Assembly: GCF_009834535.1 (NCBI RefSeq)
Contig: NC_045696.1
Coordinates: forward strand, 111,602,001 to 111,666,000
DNA length: 64,000 nucleotides
Origin: Camelus ferus
Taxonomy: Eukaryota
Reading direction: 5' to 3'
Below are positions 50,000-61,410 of this stretch, one piece after another. Below the pieces are notes generated by a model, which was not told the origin of the DNA, searched no databases, and was given only the letters and a program-made list of their open reading frames with translations. Made by a program: the position numbers and the translations under genes. Position 1 is the first letter of the stretch; every line of letters starts with the position of its first letter.

Positions 50000-50517
50000 A
50001 GTGCGGTTAATTCTTGAGATTAAGAGGTGATCTCTGGAATCAGATAATCACTGTTCAGATTTGAGCCACACTGCTTACTACCTGGATGTCTTATGATAAA
50101 CTTTTTAATAGATGTTTGAAGTGTTTTGATAAAACAGAGTCTCTGAGCCTGTTTCTTATCTATGAAATTGAAATAATAATACTATATAGTTGTGAAGATT
50201 GAATCGTAAAATATATGTAGTGTTTTTCTATTTTCCCAAGAGTAAGAAGAAAAATGAGGGGAAATGGGTAATATCAAGAGAATCTTGGCTGCCTCTTTCT
50301 TCCTTGTCTTCAGAGACAGCCCACATTCTGTCTATGGAGTGTGCACCTGCTTTTACTTTAACCTGAGCACCCAATCCCCATACCTTGTGGCCTTTATCTT
50401 GCCATTTGAAACAGCCTACACTCTATACAATATGTATCTCTCTAAATAAATCTATCTTTACTCAAAAAAAAAGAGTCTTAAAGATGCCCAGCACATAATA
50501 ATTCCTCAATAAGTAGA
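50000..50517 (+). mobile_element. MIR interrupted near its 3' end
   Basis: ctctgagcctgtttcttatctatgaaattg...gttgtgaagattgaa; resumes at gatgcccagcacataata...ctcaataagt after 50473. Confidence 0.7.
50270..50472 (+). mobile_element. ERV1-like LTR fragment ending in AATAAA plus oligo-A
   Basis: cagcccacattctgtctatggagtgtg...tctctctaaataaatctatctttactc followed by A9. Confidence 0.6.
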
Positions 50518-50561
50518 TTCCCACCCAGGTGGATGACTGAGTAGTTCAAAACTTCAGTGGA

Positions 50562-51489
50562 CTCAATAGCACTAATTATTAGAGAAATTCAAATCAAAGC
50601 TACAATGAGGTATCATCTCACACCAGTCAGAATGGCCATGATTAAAAAAGTCCACAAATGATAAACGCTGGAGAGGGTGTAGAGAAAAGGGAACCCTCCT
50701 ACACTGCTGGTGGGAATGTAGTTTGGTGCAGCCATTATGGAAAACAATATGGAGATTTCTCAAAAAACTAAAAATAGACTTACCATATGATCCAGCAATC
50801 CCACTCCTAGGCATATATCCAGAGAAAATCATAATTCAAAAAGACACATGCACCTCAGCATTCACAGCAACACTATATACAATAGCCAAGACATGGAAGC
50901 AACCTGAATGTCCATCAACAAATGACTGGATAAAGAAGTTGTGGTATATTTATATAATGGAATACTACTCAGCCAGAAAAAAAGAATAAAACAATGCAAT
51001 TTGCAGCAACATGGGTGGACCTGTAGATCATCATTCTAAGAGAAGTAAGCCACTAAGAGAAATAAAAATACCATATGGTATCACTTATATGTGGAATCTG
51101 AAAAAAAAAAGACACAAATGAACTTATTTACAAAACAGAAACAGACTCACAGACATAGAGAACAAACTTATGGTTATTGGTGGGGAGAGGAGTGGGAAGG
51201 GATAAATTGAGAGTTTGAGATTTGCAGATACTAACTACTATATATAAAACAGATAAACAACAAGTTTCTACTGTATACCACAGAGAACTATACTCAATAT
51301 CTTATAGTAACCTATAATGAAAAAGAATATGAAAAGGAGTATATGTATGTGTATGTAAATATATGTATGTTCATGTATGACTGAAACCTTGTGCTGTACA
51401 CCAGAAATTGACACATTGTAAACTGACTATACTTCAATAAAAAAAAACTAAAAAGAAAAACAAATAAATAAAAAGATAAGTAAATAAAG
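50562..51489 (+). mobile_element. 5'-truncated lineage-type L1 inserted in Tigger1
   Basis: ORF 50723..50989 [32 protein letters not shown]; full 3' UTR, aataaa and A-rich tail. Confidence 0.95.
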
Positions 51490-53177
51490 TTTTTTTTTTC
51501 CAGTTTAAATGGTACTAATTGATAAAATGTTTTTAAACATTTTTTATTGATTTATAATCATTTTACAATGTTGTGTCAAATTCCAGTGTTCGGCACAATT
51601 TTTCAGTTATACATGAACATATATATATTCATTGTCACATTTTTTTCTCTGTGCTACCATAAGATCTTGTGTATATTTCCCTGTGCTATACAGTATAATC
51701 TTGTTTATCTATTCTACAATTTTAAAATCCCGTCTATCCCTTCCCACCCTCCACCCCCTTGGCAACCACAAGTTTGTATTGTATGTCTATGAGTCTATTT
51801 CTGTTTTGTATTTACACTTTGTTTTTGTTGTTGTTGTTGTTTTTGTTTTTGTTTTTTAGATTCCACACATGATCGATCTCATATGGTATTTTTCTTTCTC
51901 TTTCTGGCTTACTTCACTTAGAATGACATTCTCCAGGAGCATCCATGTTGCTGCAAATGGCATTATGGTGTCAGTTTTTATGGCTGAGTAGTATTCCATT
52001 GTATAAATATACCACCACTTCTTTATCCAGTCACCTGTTGATGGACATTTAGGCTGTTTCCATGTTTTGGCTATTGTAAATAGTGCTACTATGAACATTG
52101 GGGTGCAGGTGTCATCCTGAAGTAGGGTTCCTTCTGGATATAAGCCCAGGAGTGGGATTCCTGGGTCATATGGTAAGTCTATTCCTAGTCTTTTGAGGAA
52201 TCTCCATACTGTTTTCCACAGTGGCTGCACCAACCTGCATTCCCACCAGCAGTGTAGGAGGGTTCCCCTTTCTCCACAGCCTCTCCAGCATGTGTCATTT
52301 GTGGATTTTTGAATGACGGCCATTCTGACTGGTGTGCGGTGATACCTCATTGTAGTTTTGATTTGCATTTCTCTGATAATTAGTGATATTGAGCATTTTT
52401 TCATGTGCCTTTTGATCATTTGTATTTCTTCCTTGGAGAATTGCTTGTTTATGTCTCCTGCCCATTTTTGGATTGGGTTGTTTATTTTTTTCTTATTAAG
52501 TCATATGAGCTGCTTATATATTCTGGAAGTCAAGCCTTTGTCAGTTTCATTTGCAAAAATTTTCTCCCATTCCGTAGGTTTTCTTCTTGTTTTACTTCTG
52601 GTTTCCTTTGCTGTGCAGAAGCTTGTAAGTTTCATTAGGTCCCATTTGTTTATTCTTGCTTTTATTTCTTCTAGGAGAAAATTGTTGAGATGTATGTCAG
52701 ATAATGTTTTGCCTATATTTTCTTCTAGGAGGTTTATTGTATCTTGTCTTATGTTTAAGTCTTTGATCCATTTTGAGTTTATTTTTGTGTATGGTGTAAG
52801 GGAGTGTTCTAGCTTCATTGTTTTACATGCTGCTGTCCAGTTTTCCCAACACCGTTTGCTGAAGAGACTGTCTTTATTCCATTGTATATTCTTGCCTCCT
52901 TTGTCGAAGATGAGTTGACCAAAAGTTTGTGGGTTCATTTCTGGGCTCTCTGTTCTGTTCCATTGGTCTATATGTCTGTTTTGGTACCAATACCATGCTG
53001 TCTTGATGACTGTAGCTCTATAGTATTGTCTGAAGTCTGGGAGAGTTATTCCTCCAGCTTCTTTCTTTCTCTTCAGTAATGCTTTGACAATTCTAGGTCT
53101 TTGATGGTTCCAGATAAATGTTATTACGATTTGTTCTAGTTCTGCGAAATATGTCCTGGGTAATTTGATAGGGATTG
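51490..53177 (-). mobile_element. Young 5'-truncated L1 inserted in the tail of the preceding L1
   Basis: ORFs 52501..52938 and 51856..52419 encode the ORF2p C-terminus including the Cys-rich motif [18 protein letters not shown]; 3' UTR matches 3795-4004. Confidence 0.96.
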
Positions 53178-53210
53178 ATTTCTAAAAATTTAAAAAAAAC
53201 TTTAGTGGAT

Positions 53211-53349
53211 GGAGGGGAATGTATAGCTTAAGTGGTGGAGCACATGCTTAGCATGCATGAGGTCCTGGGTTCAATCCCCAGTACCTCCTCTAAATAAACA
53301 AACAAACCTAATTACCTCCCCCTACGAAAAATAATAATAATAAATTTTA
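53211..53349 (+). mobile_element. tRNA-Ala-derived SINE (vic-1-like)
   Basis: gtatagcttaagtggtggagcacatgcttagcatgcatgaggtcctgggttcaatccccagtacctcc; TSD aaaactt(t/c)agtggat at 53196-53210 and 53350-53364. Confidence 0.93.
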
Positions 53350-54090
53350 AAAACTTCAGTGGATGAAGGAATGGCAGATGTGGTAGAAATAGTGAATTAG
53401 AATTAGAAATGGAGCTTGAAGATGTGACTGAGTTGCTGCAATCCCATTAGAAAATATTAACACATGAGGAGCTGCTGCTTGCAGATGAGCAAAAAAGTGG
53501 TTTATTGAGATGGAATCTACTCCTGGTGAAGATGTTGTGAAGGTGTTGAAATAACAATAAACAATTTAGAATATTACATAGACTTAGTTGATAAAGCATC
53601 AACAGGATTTGAGAGGATTGACTCCAATGTTGAAATAAATTCTACTGCAAGTGAGTAAAATGTTATCAAACAGCGTTGCATGCTACAGAGAAATCATTCT
53701 TGAAGGGAAGAGTGAATCAATGCTGCAAAACTCATTGTTCTCTGATCTTAAGAAATTGTCATAGCTACCCCAACCTTCAGCAACCAGCACCATGATCAGT
53801 CAGCAGCCATCAACTTCAAGGCAAGACCTTCAACCAGAAAAAAAGATTAAGACTCATTGAAGGCTTAGGTGATGGTTAGCATTTTTAGCAATAAAGGACT
53901 TTTTAACTAGGGTATGTACATTATATTTTATACAAAATGCTATTGCACATTTAATGGACAGCAGTATAGTGTAAACACAACTTTAACACGCACTAGCAAA
54001 CCAAAAAACTTGTGTGACTCACGATTTTGGGACACTCGCTTTATGGCAGTGGTGTGGAACCGAGCCCACAATATCTCTAAAGTATGCCTT

Positions 54091-55765
54091 TAGTAATCAA
54101 AACAGTATGAAATTGGCATAAGAACAGACATATAGATCAGTGGAACAGAGACAAAAGCCCAGAAATAAACCAATGCATATGTGATTAATAAATTTTTATA
54201 AAGGAGCCAAGAATACACAATGGGAAAAGAATAGTCTTTTCAATAAACGATATTGGGAAACCTGGATTTCCAATGCAAAAGAATAAAACTGGACCTCTAT
54301 CTTACACCATACACAAAAATCAAGTCAAGATGCTTTAAAGGCTTAAGTATAAGACCTGAAACCACAAATCCCCTTGAAGAAAACATAGGAAAAAGAGTCC
54401 TTGACGTTGGACTTGGCAATATTTATTTTTTGGATTTGACTAAAAGTGAAATAACAAAAGCAAAACTAAACAAGTAGGACTACCTCAAACTAAAAAGCTT
54501 CTGCAAAGCAAAAGGAAACATCAGCAAAATAAAAACATAGTCTGTGGAAAGGGAGAAAATATTTGCAAACCACATATCCAGTAAGGGGTTAATATCCAAA
54601 AAAATACAAGGAACTCATATAACTCAATAGCAAAAAACAAATAACTCAATTAAAAAATGGGCAAAAGACCAGAATAAACATTTTTCCAAAGAAGACATAC
54701 AAATGGCCAACAGGTCCATGAAAAGATGCTCAACATCTTTACCATCAGGGAAATGCAAATCAAAACCACAGTGATATTCACCACATACCTGTTAGAAAGG
54801 CTATTATCAGAAAGACAAGAAATAACAAGTTTTTGTGAGAATGTGGAAAAAAGGAATCCTGGTGCACTGTTGGTGGGGATGTAAATTGGTGCAGGCACCA
54901 TGGAAAATGATATGGAGTTTTTTCAAAAAGATTAAAACTAGAACTACTATATGTTCCAGCGATCTCACCTCTAAGCATATATCCAAAGGAAGTAAAATCA
55001 TTATCTTGAAAAAATATCCACACTCCTATGTTCATAGCAGCATTATTCACAATAGCCAAGGCAGGGAAAGAATCTAAGTGTCTGCTGATGGATGACTGAA
55101 TAAAGAAAATGTGGTATGTATGTGTGTGTATATACATACATGATTGTATACTATTTACATAATATGGAATATTAAATATAATGGAATAATAATGGATAGA
55201 AAATGTGATGTATCTGTACTGATAATCTATAGTTGGTAGAAAATATATGTGTGGAATATTATTCAGCCTTAAAAATGAAGGAAATAGTGCCATTTATGAT
55301 ATGGATGAACCTAGACTGTATTATGCCAAGTGGAAAAAGCCAGACAGAGACAGGCAAAAACTACATGATCTTACTTATACGTGGAATCTAAAAAAAAATA
55401 GAATTGAATTCATAGGAACAGGAAACAAAATGGTGATTGCCATGGGCTGGGGAGTGGGAGAAACTGGGAGAAGTTGGTAAAATGGAGCAAACTTTCAGTT
55501 GTAAGATGGATAATTTCTGAAGATCTAATATACAGGACGGTGACCATAGCAGATAACACTGAATTCTATAAATGTGCTCGGAATGGAACTTGTGTTCGCC
55601 TCAAAGGAAAAAAAAAGTAAGTATGTGAGGTGATGGATGTGTTAATTAACTCAATAATGGGGCTCTTTTCACGATGTATACACCTATCAAATCGCCATGT
55701 TGTATTCTTTAAATATCTTAACAATGTTATTTGTCAGTTACACCTCAATAAACATGAAAAAAAGA
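54091..55765 (+). mobile_element. L1MA-like ORF2 3' part and 3' UTR
   Basis: [31 protein letters not shown]; ends cacctcaataaacatgaaaaaaa. Confidence 0.92.
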
Positions 55766-55769
55766 TGAA

Positions 55770-56490
55770 AGAGACACTTCACCAAAGGGGACACAAATAT
55801 GGTCAGCTTCATCAGTCAACAGGGAGTACCACAATGACATATCACGACATAACCATCATAATGGCTAAGGTGAAAAAGCCAAAACATACCAAACGTTGAC
55901 AAGAACATGGGACAGTCTGGACTCTCATCCACTGCTGGTGGGAGCTACATTGGGAGAACCACTTTGGGAAGCCAGAAGTATTCACTAACATTGACCCTGC
56001 AAGTGCTCCATCACCCGGAAATGTTATTCCCCAAATACATCTGTGCATATACTCACCCAACGATATGTACAAAAATGTTCATAGCAGCACAATTCAAAGT
56101 AGGCGAAAGCTGCAGAGTACACAAATGCCCATAAACAGTGAAATGAATCCAGAAAATGTGGCGTATTCCAGTGAGCTAACTACCACTACATACAACATGG
56201 ACAGGTTTCACGACTTTGTGCTGAGGGGAAATCCAGAAATCAAAGCAAATACACAGTCTGCTTCCATTCCTATAAAGCTCAAAAGCAGGCTGAAGTAATC
56301 TGGGGTGTTATAAATTGGTTCACTTGGAATGGGTGGTGATGAGCGGGGCATGAGATGGGCTTCGAGAGCTCACCGATGTTCTGTTTCTTGGCAGATTGAG
56401 TGTGTTCATGTTCTGAAAACTCATCAAGCTGTACACATAACTGATGCCCTTTCCTAGAAATATGTTACACTTCAATTATAAAGTCCGCTT
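55770..56490 (+). mobile_element. Older L1 (L1ME/MD-like) 3' fragment
   Basis: actctcatccactgctggtggg...aaaaatgttcatagcagcac...gaaaactcatcaagctgtacac. Confidence 0.75.
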
Positions 56491-57059
56491 AAAATAACAA
56501 ATGAGGCCATTTTCAGAGGTGGCTTTTTCAGCAGAGGTGATGAAATGAAGCTATATCACAGAGACTCCCATCTCTAGTACCAACAAATTTAACAACAAAC
56601 AAAAGAACCCAGTCTCCTCCAAAAAATTCACCAGGAGAAATCAAAAAAGAACGAGTCACACTTTAATGGCATGAAATTCAAGGGTGGAAACAGGTGGACG
56701 CTGAATTTGGAGAAGGATCTGAATAGACATCCCCAAGGGGTGCGTGGATGTTTAATAAAATTACCAGGAGACCAGAATCTGATTTTCCCCATAAATGGTT
56801 CTTCCATCTCCCATAGAAAAGCCATAGTAATGTGGTGGAGACACAGTTCCAAACTCCAAAACTCTAGTTCAGGAAAAATAAGTAAGTAAATGTGTAGCTT
56901 TTTGTAAATGTCAAGAAGAATTTGTTAGTGCTACATCTGAGTAAGAGAAACTCTGGTCAGGGTTGCACACCCTAAATAGGAGGTAGACAAATCGCCATCA
57001 GAATCATATCAACAAGACTAGAAACAAAAAAGTAAAAGTTAGAGAAAAGGAGAAATGAA

Positions 57060-57200
57060 AAAATGGAAAGAATGAGAGAGCGAGGGGTGAAGAAAGAGGG
57101 AGGGGAAGGAAGGAAGGAAAGAAGGAAGGAAAGGGGGAGAGAGGGAAAGGGGGAGGGAAGAAAGGGAAGGAGGAAAAGAGAGAGGGGAGAAAGGAAGGTC
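57060..57200. repeat. GA-rich low-complexity tract
   Basis: Direct reading. Confidence 0.9.
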
Positions 57201-58200
57201 TCGAGCTCCAAGTCCAGAATCTCTAGCTTTGCAGGGAGCCTTTCTGTACCATCCAGATGAGGTACTTCTTGATCCAGAGCCCTAGGAACTAGAAGGACAA
57301 ACTTGGCCCCTCCACACATCCAACATACAGCAACTGAACAAGCGCAAGACAATTACAATAAACATTTCATTCAGAAATAAACTCTTTTTTTATTTTAGAA
57401 AGAGGAAAGATAGGAGCACACAGCAGTCTCCATTTCATTGCAATCCTGAGATCCAGCTGGGAAGATGTGAGGGGCCAAGACCCTAGGGTGGGGAATACGC
57501 CTTCATCCGGTTCTGATTCCGTATCCTCTGAGTAGCTCACCTGTCCGCTGTTCTCCATGGATCTTGGTTCTACCCTCTCAAAGGGCCATCCTTTTGAATT
57601 GAACTTCTTTGCTACATCTGAACAGGGCTTGGAAACAACCACTGTGGCAAAAGGATCAAGAGATGGGGCAGCGAGCCAAATGTTATTAAACCTGTGTTTA
57701 TGCAGACATACACTCAGCCTAGTTAGAGATCTTTCAGCGGACCTATTTGGCCAGGGTAAAAGTTTGTGCTGGGCAATGGTAGCCAAACAAGGATGTAAGG
57801 AATCCTTCAATATGCCTCCCATTGTCTAGAGAACAAAGTCCTCTGAGCCTAGTAGCCAGGACCCTTCATGGTCCAGCACCAACCTGACTCTTGTCTTGTT
57901 TCCCTTAATTTACTTTCATACGTTCTACAGATGAATCAAAATAAATCACCTGGTAAATTATTCAGAATCAATAAGCTATTAAGAATGTCACCTCCAAGTT
58001 ATGTGTGTATATTTCTTATTGAGACCTTAGTAACAATACTAAATAATAAAGCATCTTTAGAGCATTTCTGTATTCTGAGCGTTTCTGCTTGTAGATGACA
58101 CTAAGGGTCTAAAGAAAGGATGTGGAGGGTTTTCTGCCCCATATTAAGCGGGTAGAGTTCTGTGTTTCGAGTATTTGGGAAGGATGTGCTGTTTCTCTAG

Positions 58201-58445
58201 CAGTGGTTCTCAAAAGAGGGGGCTTTGCCCCCTTGGAGAAATATGTTAATTCCTGGAGACATTTTTGATTGTCACAAATCAGAGGCTTGGTGGGGACTAG
58301 GGAACAGGGGCTGCTCATCTAATGGGCAGAGGACAGAGATGCTGCTAAACTCTTATAAAGTGCACGTGATAGCTCCCCTACCGCACCCAAATAAAGAAGT
58401 TTCTGGCCCAAAATGTCCATAGTTCCCCTGGTGATAAATCTTGCA
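58201..58445 (+). mobile_element. MER20 (hAT-Charlie)
   Basis: cagtggttctcaa...ggagacatttttgattgtcac...gatgctgctaaac...tctggcccaaaatgtc. Confidence 0.88.
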
Positions 58446-61169
58446 CTACAGTTTGACCTACAAGCCCAAGAAATGGCCCAAAAGAAATATGGAGATAGAG
58501 AGTTTGGGGGGAAAAAAAAAACAGTTCTCATCACCAAAGAGGAGAGCGACTGTGCTATTGGCAGAGCCCAAGAAAACAGAAGAGCAGGGCTGCACCTGCC
58601 TCCGTGTCTTCTGCCCCCGCTCTCTCCCACGCTCTTTCCCATATGTCCCCATAGGCTCTCCGTGGGGGAGAGGGGCACAGGAGCCAGATGGCCTTGCCGC
58701 CCACCCTCTGCGGGTCCACTCCGCTCCGCACTCCCTGCCTCCACGCAAGGAAACCTCACCACCATCGCTGTTTTCAGCTGCTTGAGGACGGGTACTCCTT
58801 GATTAAGCAGAGCATCCTTACTTTAAAAAAAAAAAATGGGAAGGAAAGAAAGAAAGAAAATATTTGAAAAATCTCCAGACTTTAAGCCCTTCGCAGTGAG
58901 TGCTTCGATCTCATGTCAGGGAGTCTGGACGCGGCCTGAAGGGGGAGGCAGCAGAGAGTGCCTTCAAAATAACTAGGTCAATTTTCAGCTGCTTCTTGGA
59001 AGGCTTTCTCCTCTTTCTCTCCCCTCCCTGCTGGGACCTCAGCCCGTCTATGCCAACCACCTTCATTTCAGATAACTGCCTCTCTCAGCCTGCAGCTCAC
59101 AGTCCAAAGGCCCCTGGGATTGAACAAATTGCCCACCCACTCAGACGCAGAGTGCAGTCCTGCTCCCTTCAGCGGGGCATCTGGAATTGGTGACACCTAC
59201 AGTGTAGAAGCACTAGACCACCTGGCAGAGAAGAAAATTTTTTGCGATGCCAGCTGGTGTCCTGGGATCCGTCCTCTGGCTCCTTCGGAACGTGCCATTG
59301 GACCCCAGGAAGTGCTAAGTTTCATGCTGTCCCTAGGGACACAGTTTTAGACGTATGTCAGTGGAAAAAGACACGATTTATCAGACTTGTAAAAAAAAAA
59401 AAATCAAACCATAAAACCACAAATATGCCCAAAGTATCAGGTTTAAGGAATCTCAAAGCCCTAAGGAAAAAAACAAATGTCAGGAAAGATTCTTTTCAAT
59501 CAGACCTTTTCAGAACACGGCATGAAGCTTTTAGACAAGAATGCGGTGTGAACAAAGACGTCTACCACAGGGGTCCTCATTCTTCGGCTACCTGTTTACA
59601 CATCTCTTTCTACCTGTAAACACCCACCTGTCCAAGAAATGGAGCTTATTTGACACATCTTTACCTACTCGCAGTGCAGCCAAATGCCTCATGCATAGTA
59701 GGTGCTTAATAAGTTAATTGATTCCTCAGTCTTTTCTTGCACACTTTCTTCCCAGATGACCCACAAACATCCGCCCCAAAACACGCGTTTCTCATTGGTC
59801 AGCACTCTCTGATCGCGTGACTTTAGCTACTAAACCTACACTCAGGCCATGTTAAAAATTGGCTCTTCCCCACTTGGGAATTATTTGTTCTTCATCAGCT
59901 GCCTACCACTCAGACAATCAGCTGACTAGTATTACAAACTATGTGGGATTTGTGTCCCAATGAATGAAAAAAAAAAATCCCTCCTTTACGTTTAACTATT
60001 ACTTTTTGAAAACAGAATCTGTCCTTACCTGTCTTACTTGTTGGTTGACATTGCAAGCTGCTGAATTCAACTCTTTCCACCATACCAACATACTGTAGGT
60101 GCTTATAAATACTTGGTTGAACAAATTCTAGCTTCAATGAAGAGATAGCCCACTCCCACCATCACAGAAGGGAGTCGTTAATTAAGCGTGTCTCGGTGTT
60201 ATATGTAACATATCAAATTAACACATGATGATTCCCACACAAATTCCTCCCAAGGGGAAAAATAAGGAAAAATAAGGGATAAGTTATGTTTAAAAAATCA
60301 TAACTGCATCATCCACAACAACCTCCAAAAACACGGGTGTCTCTGGACGGCAGTAAAATAAAGATTTGCTCCTAATTGAAGGGCTTGGGTCTAAATTTCT
60401 TACATTAAGCAAAAATGAAAAACAAAATCATCCTAACTTGACATGTGGTCTGTCAGGGATGAGTTCTTGAGTAAATGAGGTTTCAGAGTTTCTTTGTTAG
60501 AAATGAAAGGTTAGCGAAGACTGAAGAAGGTTATTTCAAAGGCCTGCAGGATGAGAGAATGGCATGGAACCAAGACAGCAAGACACCCCAGGGGTGAACC
60601 ATTAAAGAAGGTGATGGAGGCTGGACAGAGTGCTGAGTAGGGAGAGAGAACAAAGGCGGTGTCAGAGACAAGGAAAGTAGGACACCATGAGTAACGTCCA
60701 TGAAATGGGAACACTGGTGAGTGTTCTCCAATTGTCCATCACTCCACAGACACACAGGCACTGTCACCAGCTTCTGCTCTGTGTGCTTCTATTAAGTAGG
60801 ACATGCATCTCCCTTTGTGTGCTCCAGGCACATCTGCCACCAAGTCAAGCTATGACAGAGTCAAATATGATCATGACTTAGACAACAATCCTGGGGGAGT
60901 AAACCTAAAGTTCTCAGAGCATCGACTATTAGAAAATTGCTACTAGAAACCCACAGTGAAAGTTGTAAGACCTGGTCTTTTTTTTAATATGTGATTATAG
61001 TGATAAAAATTATAGAAATGATAAAAAAACATTCTTTTCCTCTATAGAGCTCTGAGTAATGGAAAATTTTTAATGACTAAATGGTGCTAAGTCATAAAAA
61101 AGGGACGCAGAACCAACACTCAGCCAGCTTCCTGATGCATAAGTTACCTCACACAATCGATGTCCAGGC

Positions 61170-61410
61170 CATGACTGTCTTCCATCATGCCCTCAGCAGG
61201 CACACCCGGAGGAAACTATGTGCAGGCCGCTTCTCTGGATGTTTTATGGGCATAGTGAATCTTCCTGAGAGAAATATTACCTTCTCTACTTTACAGCTGA
61301 AGAAAGGAAGATTCAGAGAAAGTCAGAAGTTTCTCAAAATATGTGGCAGCACCAGGATTTGAACTCTGATTCTTCTAATTCCAGTCTCTTGTGTCTAATA
61401 CTAAGTCAGT
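61170..61410 (-). mobile_element. MIR
   Basis: actttacagctgaagaaagg...ggcagcaccaggatttgaactc. Confidence 0.7.

Larger units (their letters stand above)
50520..54090 (+). mobile_element. Tigger1 3' portion (50520-50561 and 53350-54090) split by L1s and a SINE
   Basis: ttcaaaacttcagtgga...gcagatgtggtagaaatag...gaagatgtgactga...gatcagtcagcagccatcaac...; terminal cacaatatctctaaagtatgcct. Confidence 0.9.

Noticed and set aside
51856..52938. Longest ORFs (187, 186 and 145 aa)
   Set aside because: L1 ORF2p C-terminal fragments and their antisense frame in a 5'-truncated, interrupted element; not a gene.
57367..57822. 151-aa minus-strand ORF in unique DNA
   Set aside because: No recognisable domain or homology; length is compatible with chance. 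Only an internal splice-signal pair is noted as a weak candidate.
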